From positions 509 through 64,508 of the IMG/VR virus record IMGVR_UViG_3300030117_003223: 64,000 bases of DNA; one strand, written 5' to 3'. The stretch is from a virus (taxonomy: Duplodnaviria; Caudoviricetes). The notes beneath the pieces were generated by a model, which ran no database searches, had not been told where the DNA came from, and was given only the letters and a program-made list of their open reading frames with translations. This document shows positions 26,400 through 36,429 of the stretch, piece after piece (the first letter of the stretch is position 1; each line of letters opens with the position of its first letter). The translations under genes and the position numbers were made by a program.

Positions 26400-27461
26400 T
26401 TATATAGTCAGGCACTCTCTATTCATATATTGCATGATATTTTTTCTATTGACAATCGTGCCATCATCTGTTATAGCTAACACATTAAAATCTAAAGGTA
26501 GTGGTATCGTATGTTGGTGTTGAACCTCTGGTCTCATATTTGTTTTTCCCTGATTATAAGCGTAGTCCTTATCAAATCTTGATATGAAATTGCGAATGTC
26601 CATTTTAGTTTTTAGAAAACTCTCCTCATTATCCCACCAGTTAGTGTGCCACACTATCTTTTTTTCTATGTGCATATTCATTGCATATCTCAGTATGTCT
26701 GGACACAAAAAGAAAGGTTGATAATTATCAAGGTCCATTTTATCAACAGATATATTTTGCAAGAATCTAAATGACTGCGTTAGATATGTGTGTCTTGTAA
26801 TAGGCCACCATCGTTTAGCATTATACTCCTCATCCTTATTTTTAGTCCACATCTCATTATTGTGCATTCGACCATGAGGATATCCCGTGCTACCAAATAA
26901 CCTATCTGCCTCACAACCTGTAGTGAATATTCTTTTGTCTGGGTTAGCACAACCGTAAAGGTTTCCATCAGCAAAGATATTATACAAATGTCCCACCACC
27001 TTTTTGTATCCATGTGGATATATTTCTACTGGAGTTTCATCTCCCATAAAAATACGTAACTGATCTCTTGGACACACCTCTGCTAATGCGTACAACACTG
27101 CAACACTGTCAATACCTCCAGAGTATAATAACTCTATCTCTTTACCTTTGTCTCGTATTTCAATCGCCCTTGCTATCATAATGTCATCGAATGAGGGCAA
27201 GTTGTCTGTATATTCAAACTCAACTTTTGGAAACCAGTATGTATTTGTGTTGAAGAGGAAAGTGTTCTCCTCTAACAAATCATTAAGATACCAGTATGGT
27301 GGTCTGGTATATTCTTTCAGATGGTGTTGCTCTTTATCTAGAATAAACTCTAACTCAGATTTAAAATCATCGTCAAAGTCTTCCCACATATTATCACGAT
27401 TCTCAACGTATGTTTTCCATGCCTGTCGATAAGCATCACTAACGTAAACGAAACTTGTCAT
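26400..27461 (-). CDS. Asparagine-synthetase-like PP-loop protein (paralog of 15997..17127)
   Basis: IELLYSGGIDS, TGCEADRLFG, KMDIR, LAITDDGTIV. Confidence 0.72.
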   Translation of the reverse strand: MTSFVYVSDAYRQAWKTYVENRDNMWEDFDDDFKSELEFILDKEQHHLKEYTRPPYWYLNDLLEENTFLFNTNTYWFPKVEFEYTDNLPSFDDIMIARAIEIRDKGKEIELLYSGGIDSVAVLYALAEVCPRDQLRIFMGDETPVEIYPHGYKKVVGHLYNIFADGNLYGCANPDKRIFTTGCEADRLFGSTGYPHGRMHNNEMWTKNKDEEYNAKRWWPITRHTYLTQSFRFLQNISVDKMDLDNYQPFFLCPDILRYAMNMHIEKKIVWHTNWWDNEESFLKTKMDIRNFISRFDKDYAYNQGKTNMRPEVQHQHTIPLPLDFNVLAITDDGTIVNRKNIMQYMNRECLTI

Positions 27462-28140
27462 AATCTATCCATTCGTGAGGTTTGTTTAATCTGTTTGTGA
27501 AATGCACATACTTAATATCTGGGTGAAAGTCATCACCCATGTATATGTAGTCGTTCCCTGTAAGTTGTTCATATTTCTGTGTCATCTTATAGTTCCAACT
27601 ACCAACACCTCCAGTGATAATATCACTACTAACAACCCACCTTGTAAACCACTCATTAGGAAGAACGACAAGTTCTAATCTTTCCTTAACACTGTCCTCT
27701 ACAAAATACTGCTCTCCATTTACTGGACCTGTTGTAGTTCCATTCTCAATATAGTGTTTCTGCCAATGATGCACATCACTCATAAACTTGTCGTAGATGT
27801 ATCGACAGTCCTTTGGATAGTATTTGAAGAAACCACCATTGATGCGATACTCTGTAACATCATTCCTCCACCAGCCTGGCATTGCAACGAACTGTCCTCG
27901 TTCAATCGGGTAGTCAAAGATTTTCTCATAGTCATGAATGAGGAGAACATCAATGTCCATCACACAGATAGGTTCATCTGTTTCCATCTGCATACCCCAC
28001 ATCTTATTCCACTGTAAAACCACTCTATCATCATAGGGTTCTCGTATCCATATGATATTATGCTTTGAAAGTTTTTCCTCTAAGTACTCTTCATACTCAG
28101 GTCCATACTTATTCCCGATACGGACTGCTATGATATCCAT
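27439..28140 (-). CDS. GT-A fold glycosyltransferase-like protein
   Basis: VRIGNKYGPEY, WNKM, MDIDV (DxD), INGG, GEQYFV, VHF. Confidence 0.72.
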   Translation of the reverse strand: MDIIAVRIGNKYGPEYEEYLEEKLSKHNIIWIREPYDDRVVLQWNKMWGMQMETDEPICVMDIDVLLIHDYEKIFDYPIERGQFVAMPGWWRNDVTEYRINGGFFKYYPKDCRYIYDKFMSDVHHWQKHYIENGTTTGPVNGEQYFVEDSVKERLELVVLPNEWFTRWVVSSDIITGGVGSWNYKMTQKYEQLTGNDYIYMGDDFHPDIKYVHFTNRLNKPHEWIDYDKFRLR

Positions 28141-29423
28141 TGTCTTTCCCACTGCTTTGTAGGTTTAGTTCCTTGAAACCAACACTGTTTTGATTGAGAC
28201 AACACCTCATGTAACTTATAATATGAATCTACCAACTTATCTAAAGTATTGAACGCATGATTTATGTGATACCCAAAAATATTACTTGCATCAAAAAATA
28301 CAACTTTATCTTTTACTGCCTCTTCAATTCTTTCATAATCATCATTTATCAAATCCATCAACCAGTATTCTATATCACATCGGTCATACATCTCTGCTTG
28401 CATTGCACGTAACTCTTCAAACGTGCCCATTGCTTGTATTCTATCATGTGCGGGTGCGTTGCCTATGTTATCTACCATGTTCTTATCTGTTGTGTTTCTT
28501 AGTATGTTTATTTCTTCTAATGACATATTAAGGTCAACCACCATTTTCTTTAAGTCTATATTCTGCTGATTATAATCATAAAAGATTACCCTCTTATCAA
28601 AGTTCAAACGGTTACAGTTCGCCTCCGCACTGTATCCAGCAGTCGGTGAAAATATTACGTCAAAATCTACTATAGGAATCTCACGTAAAGACTCTGTATT
28701 GAAGATATAGTATGACTCTGTAATTCGTGTCATGAAACGACTGAAGTAGTAATCGTCAGTTGTTCTAGAAACCTTATGAAGATTTTTCCAAGTTTCATCT
28801 TGGTCACGAAAGTAAGAAAATGATTTACGTGATCTCTCTTGCTTCGTAAAATTAATTATGCGAGGTAACCCACTAATATCAATCCAAGGTGGTGTATAGT
28901 CATCGTGAAAATTATCTGGTGACCTTTTAAACTTAGTCCATCTTTGATTCATATCGGGACAATTATTTTCTCTCCACTTATCAAGATTTAGATTTATATG
29001 TTGATAATGCAGAAACGCTGGTTCATATGGACGTGCAATAATGTGAGCTTTACAAAACTCATTACTTCGCACAAAGTCAAAGAAATCTGTGATAGGAGTA
29101 ATCTGTTGTCCCATATGATGACCGACCATATCAAATACCATACCCACTGATACAATCATCGCATGAGTATGTTTTGATTTCAAGAGATGCTCATGTATCT
29201 CACTACGATAACAGAACTGAATATCATGACCTACTGACCCACCAGTAGGACCACCTGATAACATTAATGCAAGTGTTTGTGCTTGTTTCTCTACACTCAA
29301 AGTCCATGTCTTTCCTTGAGGAAAGAACATAAGAAAAAGATAATCTTTAAACTCATCTTTTACTTTAACACCTAAAGATTCTTTTTTCCATAAATTAACA
29401 AACTCATCAAAATCTTTTACCAT
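28128..29423 (-). CDS. Hypothetical protein, possible C-terminal Rossmann/methyltransferase-like domain
   Basis: VIFSPTAG...VIFYDYN...MDLI...FFDASNIF pattern. Confidence 0.5.
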   Translation of the reverse strand: MVKDFDEFVNLWKKESLGVKVKDEFKDYLFLMFFPQGKTWTLSVEKQAQTLALMLSGGPTGGSVGHDIQFCYRSEIHEHLLKSKHTHAMIVSVGMVFDMVGHHMGQQITPITDFFDFVRSNEFCKAHIIARPYEPAFLHYQHINLNLDKWRENNCPDMNQRWTKFKRSPDNFHDDYTPPWIDISGLPRIINFTKQERSRKSFSYFRDQDETWKNLHKVSRTTDDYYFSRFMTRITESYYIFNTESLREIPIVDFDVIFSPTAGYSAEANCNRLNFDKRVIFYDYNQQNIDLKKMVVDLNMSLEEINILRNTTDKNMVDNIGNAPAHDRIQAMGTFEELRAMQAEMYDRCDIEYWLMDLINDDYERIEEAVKDKVVFFDASNIFGYHINHAFNTLDKLVDSYYKLHEVLSQSKQCWFQGTKPTKQWERQWIS

Positions 29424-30403
29424 ATTGTTTCCCTGTAACTATTTGATTTCTCGAAGCCTGGTTTGTATGAACACATATTGGTACATTGAGATAAACAATT
29501 AGAAGGACTCTCCCACGAGAGTTGAAGTGCCTCGTAGAATATATCTTCCATAATTTCTTTTAGTGACCTATCCAACAAGTTATTACTTTTATCATAATAA
29601 TAGTCATCATAAAACTGTTGCTCTCCCAAACTAGATTTTTGTTCTGGTAAATAACAACACGGCCACACTCTACCAGTGTGACTAACATATATAGAATTGT
29701 ACTCTTGAAACTTACAAACTATTTCACCAACGCTTACATTTAGTTTACTATGACTAGATGGTTCAATCTTATACTCTTCACCTTTGTAGGTAAACTCTGT
29801 TGTGTCTGACCTTTGTGAGTATAACAAAGTGAAACTATTGAACCCTAGTTTTTTTGCTGTCTCTTGTGCTCTTGATATCTCATGTTCATTATGTTTAAAC
29901 ACAATCATTCTCCACTCAGCGTTCCCCCCACCTTCTATAAATGATGTTGCATTCTCAATAATCTTATCATAACTTGCGTTTATACGATAGTGACTAAGCG
30001 TGTCTACACCATCAATACAAAAAACAACTTTATTATTTTTTAACTTGCCAAACTCTCGCCACCACTTTTTAGTTCTAATCGAACCGTTTGTGCTAGTGAG
30101 AACTCTTGAACCACTATAAACAATAAACTCACAAATGTCAAGATAATCTTTGCTTAAAACATTCTCTGATATTTGACCATAAAATTTAACAAGTCCCACA
30201 TTACCTATATTGTTGTAACAGGTGACAAACTGGTTAAGAGACATCTCAGAAGTATTCAGAGATTCGGTTGGATTGCCATCACCACTTTTATTCCACTGTA
30301 AAACACCATCCTTAATTTCATTCCTCGCACATTGTGGACACATGAGATTACAAATGTTATTCAACTCCCAGTTTATATCAACAGGTTTACTGAGGTCGAT
30401 CAT
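29417..30403 (-). CDS. Radical SAM/SPASM protein
   Basis: CNLMCPQC, TNGS, FCIDG, C...GRVWPCC...CLSQC..MC. Confidence 0.88.
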   Translation of the reverse strand: MIDLSKPVDINWELNNICNLMCPQCARNEIKDGVLQWNKSGDGNPTESLNTSEMSLNQFVTCYNNIGNVGLVKFYGQISENVLSKDYLDICEFIVYSGSRVLTSTNGSIRTKKWWREFGKLKNNKVVFCIDGVDTLSHYRINASYDKIIENATSFIEGGGNAEWRMIVFKHNEHEISRAQETAKKLGFNSFTLLYSQRSDTTEFTYKGEEYKIEPSSHSKLNVSVGEIVCKFQEYNSIYVSHTGRVWPCCYLPEQKSSLGEQQFYDDYYYDKSNNLLDRSLKEIMEDIFYEALQLSWESPSNCLSQCTNMCSYKPGFEKSNSYRETIW

Positions 30404-31100
30404 CTATTTCTTTTAACACATCTTTGCCAAACTGTTTGACAAGAGACTTTCTCATAAGTTCTTCTCGCTCTTTATTAAAACCACCGTGCATAATAAAGTG
30501 ATACCTATTCTCATCAGAACTATTCAATGCCTCATGTTCAACACCATTATCAAACCAGAACCCAGTGCAGTTTTCAAAAGGCAACTCCTCTTTTGTGTCT
30601 GAACGTCTCAGGTAACAGTTGTCTGGTTGATAGAAAGCAAGGTTAATCGCACCAGCGATATTTCTCACCCTACCCTCAAGAACTCTTTGTTTACTGGCAT
30701 CGTTGTGTGCTTCAATACCCGCGCCTGGTTCTAATAACATGAAACGCAAACGTCGATATGAACTATGAGGGAAGTCCTCTAACCACCTCTTTGTCTCTGG
30801 GGCGACCTCTGCAATCTCTGTCCATCCCCACTCAACATCATCCTCACTTAATCCATGACCATACGGGTTCTTAGTATGAAACCATCCCATGTCTAAATCT
30901 TTGCCTTTCTCAACGAAACTATGAATGGATGCAGACTTCCATCCACCGTGACCCCCATCACCAAAACGATGTTCTACAAAGAAACCCTCATCGTATACTG
31001 CCTGTGCCTCTTTGATACACTCCTCTGGTATCTCTATATCCATCTTTAGATACCAAACATCGTTATCTCTGCACCAATCTACAATATTTTTATGACTCAT
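30387..31100 (-). CDS. Asp/Asn beta-hydroxylase-like oxygenase
   Basis: RLRFMLLEPGAGIEAHND, HEALNSSDENRYHFIMHG. Confidence 0.82.
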   Translation of the reverse strand: MSHKNIVDWCRDNDVWYLKMDIEIPEECIKEAQAVYDEGFFVEHRFGDGGHGGWKSASIHSFVEKGKDLDMGWFHTKNPYGHGLSEDDVEWGWTEIAEVAPETKRWLEDFPHSSYRRLRFMLLEPGAGIEAHNDASKQRVLEGRVRNIAGAINLAFYQPDNCYLRRSDTKEELPFENCTGFWFDNGVEHEALNSSDENRYHFIMHGGFNKEREELMRKSLVKQFGKDVLKEIDDRPQ

Positions 31101-31795
31101 CTTCCTATCACCATAAACCTTTCCATACCACTATCCAATACCTTACTCCCACTATACATAATATCTATGAGTTCTGATTGCTCTGCAAGTTCATCTGGAC
31201 CACTCACACAGTTTATGTGGTCATCATACTTATTTTCGTTGGTTGACTGCAACACAAAAACTGGGTTGTCAAGAAACCCTCTGTTAAGTTTATGAAACTG
31301 TTTCATAGGAAACATATGTTCACAGGACGTGTTGATTACCAAGTCAAAAACTTTGTCTGTCTTTTTTTGTTTCTTCCACACTGGTTCAAACATTACATTT
31401 ACAACATCACACTTGTACTGATTATTATCTTTGTATCTTTTGTTAAACTTATAACTTATCTTTTTTGCATCATCATCTATTTCAAAGTTATGAACGTGCT
31501 CGACGTTTATTTTTTCTATAAGGAGTGTAGTAATGTAATTGGCAAACCACCCACCCAACAAACAAACTGACTTTGCCTCCAGACTTAACTCGTGCAACTC
31601 CTCGACCAACCAAATCTTGCTCTCCATCTGAGAGATTGTTGTCGCACTTGCAAGAGCACGCTCTTGATGTGGAAAATGTCTTTCCGTATCTACAAATGCC
31701 TGTTTCCAATCCTTAGCTGCCTGTATATCATTATTAGACAAGTATCCAAAAAACATGGCAGTCGATACGATAGATTCTTTTGCTATGTTCACCAT
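31097..31795 (-). CDS. SAM-dependent methyltransferase-like protein
   Basis: SKIWL, LLGGWFA, FEID, DLVINTSCEHM, RFMVIG. Confidence 0.75.
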   Translation of the reverse strand: MVNIAKESIVSTAMFFGYLSNNDIQAAKDWKQAFVDTERHFPHQERALASATTISQMESKIWLVEELHELSLEAKSVCLLGGWFANYITTLLIEKINVEHVHNFEIDDDAKKISYKFNKRYKDNNQYKCDVVNVMFEPVWKKQKKTDKVFDLVINTSCEHMFPMKQFHKLNRGFLDNPVFVLQSTNENKYDDHINCVSGPDELAEQSELIDIMYSGSKVLDSGMERFMVIGR

Positions 31796-32505
31796 AGTTT
31801 TTTAATCTCCTCATCACTATTACCCTCAGTGTATGTGCTATTATTGAACAAACAAATCTTATGGTCAGGTCTAAGTTTGTTTATTTCCATATCCTCTGGA
31901 TAGATGTTTCCTTTGTACCAAGAGTATATGTCTCCTTTTGGAAACCCCTGTAAGTTTCCCTCGTCCTCCCAAGGGTTATACCAATGGTGCGCGAAGTAGT
32001 TATCCAAACTAGGATACGTAAAGAAGATAACCTCAGCGTTATCTTTGACGTGTTGTAAAACAGAAGTCATCTGTCCCCTGTCCCATCGAATGACAGATGA
32101 ATTGAGTGGTGTAGATTTGTGTTTGCTGTAATTTCTCTTAACTGTTTCATCATCATTCCACCACCCACGGACAATCCACGGTTTATTCATGGGCAACTCA
32201 AAAAAGTATTTTAGGTCTTGATGAATAATTACGTCAAGGTCAAGAAAGAGAAACTTATCTCCATCAACATGATCATCAAACATATAACACTTACGCCATG
32301 CCCAAAAGAAACCCCTATCTTCTTGGTAGTGTTTGTCTAGATATGTTGGAAGTTCTATATCATAATCATGGGTTGGATTGTCTGTAAAACACCAGAAGTT
32401 AAAATCAACAGAGCAGTTTGCCTCGCACTGCTCTTTTAGTTTCTCAACATAGGAATCATCATATTTGTTTCCCCACTTAATACATAATATATTATTTTCA
32501 CTCAT
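31789..32505 (-). CDS. GT-A fold glycosyltransferase-like protein
   Basis: ILCIKWGNKY, FWCFTD, FLDLDVII (DxD), NSSVIRW. Confidence 0.78.
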   Translation of the reverse strand: MSENNILCIKWGNKYDDSYVEKLKEQCEANCSVDFNFWCFTDNPTHDYDIELPTYLDKHYQEDRGFFWAWRKCYMFDDHVDGDKFLFLDLDVIIHQDLKYFFELPMNKPWIVRGWWNDDETVKRNYSKHKSTPLNSSVIRWDRGQMTSVLQHVKDNAEVIFFTYPSLDNYFAHHWYNPWEDEGNLQGFPKGDIYSWYKGNIYPEDMEINKLRPDHKICLFNNSTYTEGNSDEEIKKLW

Positions 32506-33218
32506 CCATAAATTTCCCTATACTTATCGTATAAGACCTCTGCTATAAGTTCCTGACCTTCTTTATTAGGATGTAAGTCATCTTTACTAACTCTTAATTT
32601 AATTTGCTCTGGGTCAACCTCATCAAGCATAGTCCACGCAGTTTTTCCACCAATCTCCTCATACATAGGCCATCCTATAAATTTATTGTCATCAATCGAA
32701 TCAACCTGAGCAGAATTGATTAATGCTTTTATTAATGCATCTGTTGGAAACGTAAGAGTAAACGCCTGCATTTGTAAATAGGGTATACTATGTAACTCAC
32801 AGTGATTTTGAAACGCATGAAACCATCGAACACTTTTTAACAAATTGTGTTTACCAGATACTAAACCACCATGTTCATGTATAGCATCTATTACTTTTTT
32901 GTGTTCATTTGCGGCAACCGTATCAAACCCTTTCAGTGGGTGAGGGTGTTTGGGGTTGATATTAAATGTCCATTGTTCAAAATCCCACCTACTTGCTGAT
33001 GACCATAAACAAATTGATAATCCTATTTGTCTAGTTGTACATAACTTATCAATCATGTTGTTGTATATAAATTCGTTACCCTTTCCAGCACAACCTACAT
33101 TGATATATTTCATATCAAGTTTATTTGCAAGAATCTCAGGCCAGTGAGGAAAGGAACGTTTTTCTTTTGTCCAACTGTCACCAGAAGCGATTAATACTTT
33201 ACGAGTAAATTTCTTCAT
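32502..33218 (-). CDS. SGNH/GDSL hydrolase-like protein
   Basis: SGDSWT, G..GKGN, DLHPNKEGQ..IA. Confidence 0.75.
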   Translation of the reverse strand: MKKFTRKVLIASGDSWTKEKRSFPHWPEILANKLDMKYINVGCAGKGNEFIYNNMIDKLCTTRQIGLSICLWSSASRWDFEQWTFNINPKHPHPLKGFDTVAANEHKKVIDAIHEHGGLVSGKHNLLKSVRWFHAFQNHCELHSIPYLQMQAFTLTFPTDALIKALINSAQVDSIDDNKFIGWPMYEEIGGKTAWTMLDEVDPEQIKLRVSKDDLHPNKEGQELIAEVLYDKYREIYG

Positions 33219-33969
33219 ATTTATCATGTAACATCTTTGCTATATATTCATGACCTTCACCATTAGGGTGGGAGTCATTTTCATCTACTCTTAATTTTAT
33301 TCTGTCAGGATCAAGTTCATCCAAAATATTATCTAAATAATATCCACCTATATCTTCAAAGATAGGCCAACCTATAAACTTACTCTCATTTATTTTATCA
33401 GTGATGGAAGAATTTATAATTTTTTTTATTGCCAATTTTCTTTTTCTATGAACATTTTGCCAAATAACTTCATCACTTTCTGGATGTAAAAATAAAGGAT
33501 CAACTAAGGGGTTACATCCTTGTATCATGAGATAAGGAATATCTCTCATCAACTCTTGAGCGGTTAAGAATTTTCTAACAGAATACATGGTTGCAGCGCA
33601 CGTATTGTTATAATTCAAAAGAGCAGTTCTTGCATCTGTGTCAAGTGGCCATGGTTCTACTTTAGAGTTATCTCTTTGAGGCATTAACCTTTGCCAACAA
33701 TTTTCATGTTCAAAGTCCATCCTCTGCCACTCACTCCACATGATAACTATTAGTCCTATATTCTTCTCAAACATAATAACATCTAATAATTTAGAAATCA
33801 TGTATTCGTGACCCACACCACACAAACCTAGATTATGACATTTCATATCAAGTTTATTCGCAAGTATTTGTGGCCAGCGCATAAAGTCAAGCTTTATCTC
33901 TGTGTGCATAGAATTTAAATAGTGTTCTGTGTAACTACAACCAATTGCTATAAGTTTACTTTTCACCAT
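33199..33969 (-). CDS. SGNH/GDSL hydrolase-like paralog
   Basis: IGCSYT, NLGLCGVG, DSHPNGEGH..IA. Confidence 0.75.
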   Translation of the reverse strand: MVKSKLIAIGCSYTEHYLNSMHTEIKLDFMRWPQILANKLDMKCHNLGLCGVGHEYMISKLLDVIMFEKNIGLIVIMWSEWQRMDFEHENCWQRLMPQRDNSKVEPWPLDTDARTALLNYNNTCAATMYSVRKFLTAQELMRDIPYLMIQGCNPLVDPLFLHPESDEVIWQNVHRKRKLAIKKIINSSITDKINESKFIGWPIFEDIGGYYLDNILDELDPDRIKLRVDENDSHPNGEGHEYIAKMLHDKYEEIYS

Positions 33970-34285
33970 ATTTGTCTACTGTAAAATTTTCAGAACAATA
34001 TTTTTTACAAACCCTTGGTGCATCTTCTGGTCTTTCCTGTAACATTGTATAAAAATCTGTCCACTCTTTAGATTGTGTAATTTCTTTTATGTTCTGTACA
34101 TTTGATATTTTAAATTTGTCTTGATAAAATATATCTTGCACCTCGTCTCTCAAGTTCCATCCCGAATCTATCCAACAACAAGGAAGAAGAAATCCTTCTG
34201 CTGAGTGACCTAAACACTGTGACATCTGCAACGCATCATTTGTATTATCCACTGGTATACACTTTGGTTTAAGCACAGAACTCAT
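33956..34285 (-). CDS. Stand-alone SPASM/Twitch-like domain
   Basis: KPKC...GFLLPCCW...EWTDFY...CKKYC; start MSSVLK at 34285. Confidence 0.7.
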   Translation of the reverse strand: MSSVLKPKCIPVDNTNDALQMSQCLGHSAEGFLLPCCWIDSGWNLRDEVQDIFYQDKFKISNVQNIKEITQSKEWTDFYTMLQERPEDAPRVCKKYCSENFTVDKYGEK

Positions 34286-34916
34286 CTCTTGGTTTATATT
34301 TGTACATAACATCACCCTCATTATCCCACCTACCGGATTTTGATAGTCTAAACTTTATGCCCTCATCACTCGCCATTTGTCTTGCTTGTTCTATGTGGTC
34401 CTGATTATAATTAAATATGATATATTGCCAAACAATATTACATCCCTTATTTGCCCCTAATTTCATCATCTCATATAAATGAACACCGTCTTGATTTATT
34501 CTGTACTTATGACTCTCCTCTGGTAAACCATCTAAACCAAAAATCCACGTTGTGTCAAACCCACTAACCTCATACGCTTCTTCATAGAAAGGTTCTTTCC
34601 TATGTGATGCTGCTGTGTGAACGTCTAATTTGTGTGAGTAGGCCATCTTTACAAATTTTATAAAATGTTTATGCGCTAACGGGTCAGACTGCTGACCGCA
34701 AAACTCTATGTAAGAAAATGTGTCAAGGATTTTTTGAAAATCCTCTATTGACATTTCTTTATATTTGTGTTTAATACGAGAATAAAAATTGCCCTTGTTT
34801 CGCATACAGGCAGGGCACTGCAACGGACATTTGTTTGTGATATCTAAGTTAATAGGTTTATCATAAAAACTTCTGCCGGGCCACCAAGGATATTCCCGAA
34901 GAGTAGGTATAATCAT
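34269..34916 (-). CDS. Radical SAM protein (paralog of 4604..5155)
   Basis: CPLQCPAC, CGQQSDP, FGLDGLPEESHKYR.NQDG. Confidence 0.88.
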   Translation of the reverse strand: MIIPTLREYPWWPGRSFYDKPINLDITNKCPLQCPACMRNKGNFYSRIKHKYKEMSIEDFQKILDTFSYIEFCGQQSDPLAHKHFIKFVKMAYSHKLDVHTAASHRKEPFYEEAYEVSGFDTTWIFGLDGLPEESHKYRINQDGVHLYEMMKLGANKGCNIVWQYIIFNYNQDHIEQARQMASDEGIKFRLSKSGRWDNEGDVMYKYKPRDEFCA

Positions 34917-35404
34917 TTTTTAAATTTTGAAAATGCCTTAATTGCTTGAACCGGAGTTTTTGCTTTTCTAACTTCTGCCTTAGCAGTTTTACTCTTAGAA
35001 TTTTTAACAAACTCTTCCTCAAACATTCTTAGTTTTAATTTAAAAAGTTGTTCTTTGTGTATCTCGTTAGACTCGTCAAAATCAAAAAGCAAATCTAAAG
35101 AACCTATTTTTTGCTCAGACTCTTCTGTAACGTAAGCATTAGTTCTCTTCGCGTAATCATTAAAAGCATCACGAAACTCTTGTCTACGAACTTCATTTGC
35201 TAACTGAGTTCTTTTTTCAATTTCGTCCCAAGTGACATATTTGAGGAGGTCACGAAACTGTTGGTCTTCCATATCAACCGCCAGGTGATGTTCTCTTAGA
35301 TCATCCTTATCATCTCCCCACAAAATCAGAACAGCGTTCATTTCCTGATTTGAGTATCGAACATCAAATATTTTATCTTGCCACATATAAGACATTTTTT
35401 TCAT
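34913..35404 (-). CDS. Hypothetical protein
   Basis: 163-aa ORF directly after the virion gene; helical C-terminus. Confidence 0.65.
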   Translation of the reverse strand: MKKMSYMWQDKIFDVRYSNQEMNAVLILWGDDKDDLREHHLAVDMEDQQFRDLLKYVTWDEIEKRTQLANEVRRQEFRDAFNDYAKRTNAYVTEESEQKIGSLDLLFDFDESNEIHKEQLFKLKLRMFEEEFVKNSKSKTAKAEVRKAKTPVQAIKAFSKFKK

Positions 35405-35406
35405 CC

Positions 35407-36414
35407 TTAAACATGAGTAATTTTAAACGTATATGTATTTATGGTCTGTGCAGAACCGTTTGGAAACTCCTGAGCACGATAGTCATCTAGACCCGCATTT
35501 AAAGTTTGGTAGTTACCACTTCCATCTAACCTAGTATCCACCATCGCTGTCCCTCTTGAGTTACCACTACCATTGATGTTATAAGATAACTTGTGACCAT
35601 TAGTGTCCTCTGCTGCAAAGAAACGGATATCATTTTTCACCCTAGTAAAAAAGGCATTGTCATCCTCTTTACTTATTTCGTTTAGATTTCCATCTTCGTC
35701 TAAAAAAAGAAGATTGTATGTTGGGTCAACTCGCGCATCACTACGTCTTTGTAAATAGTAGTTTGTAATCGTTGTTGGTTGGTCAAGTGTTTCTGGAATA
35801 CCAGCAGCAGAGTACGCTGATGTATCTGCTCTCGTATCTGAAAATATCACCGTGTTACTCCCAGAAACTTCTGTATAATTTGTAACAGACGCTGACTCTG
35901 CTATTGTAAAAGTACCGTTTGTCAATGAACTCTCTGAACTTGAAATCATCTCATCCAAGGTTGCGTATATAAAAGTATCAACATAATCTTGATGAGTCAT
36001 TGCCTTAATACAATCTTCATCCTCATCAAAATATACAGGATATCCTAAAGGGCCTTGGTCCGAACTTTCACTAAGTGATGTGTCATATGTAGGACCAGTA
36101 AGTTTATCATGGTTTACAGTAACCGTTGATGGTTCTGCTGTAGAAGTCTCAGCGGGAGCAGAAGATGTTCCTCTAGGAGTAAATTCTGCACCAGCTTGCA
36201 ATCTCGTATCTGCCATAGTAGGACTTAGAGTTCCACTATCAGATACAACACTTACTGTAACTGTAGGTGCTGTGCTATAAAGATACGCTACGTGTGCTAA
36301 TTGCGTTTGCCAAGTACTGTCAGGTTGAGAAGTTACATTATTACCAGCAGCAGGTATGCCAATGCTATCTGCAAAATCTTGTCTAAGAAAAAATAGGGGT
36401 CTGCGAACAGCCAT
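35407..36414 (-). CDS. Putative virion structural protein
   Basis: Ser/Thr-rich; MxDTRL occurs twice; YRAQEFPNG; follows the fibre gene. Confidence 0.6.
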   Translation of the reverse strand: MAVRRPLFFLRQDFADSIGIPAAGNNVTSQPDSTWQTQLAHVAYLYSTAPTVTVSVVSDSGTLSPTMADTRLQAGAEFTPRGTSSAPAETSTAEPSTVTVNHDKLTGPTYDTSLSESSDQGPLGYPVYFDEDEDCIKAMTHQDYVDTFIYATLDEMISSSESSLTNGTFTIAESASVTNYTEVSGSNTVIFSDTRADTSAYSAAGIPETLDQPTTITNYYLQRRSDARVDPTYNLLFLDEDGNLNEISKEDDNAFFTRVKNDIRFFAAEDTNGHKLSYNINGSGNSRGTAMVDTRLDGSGNYQTLNAGLDDYRAQEFPNGSAQTINTYTFKITHV

Positions 36415-36429
36415 TATATATTCCCTTCA

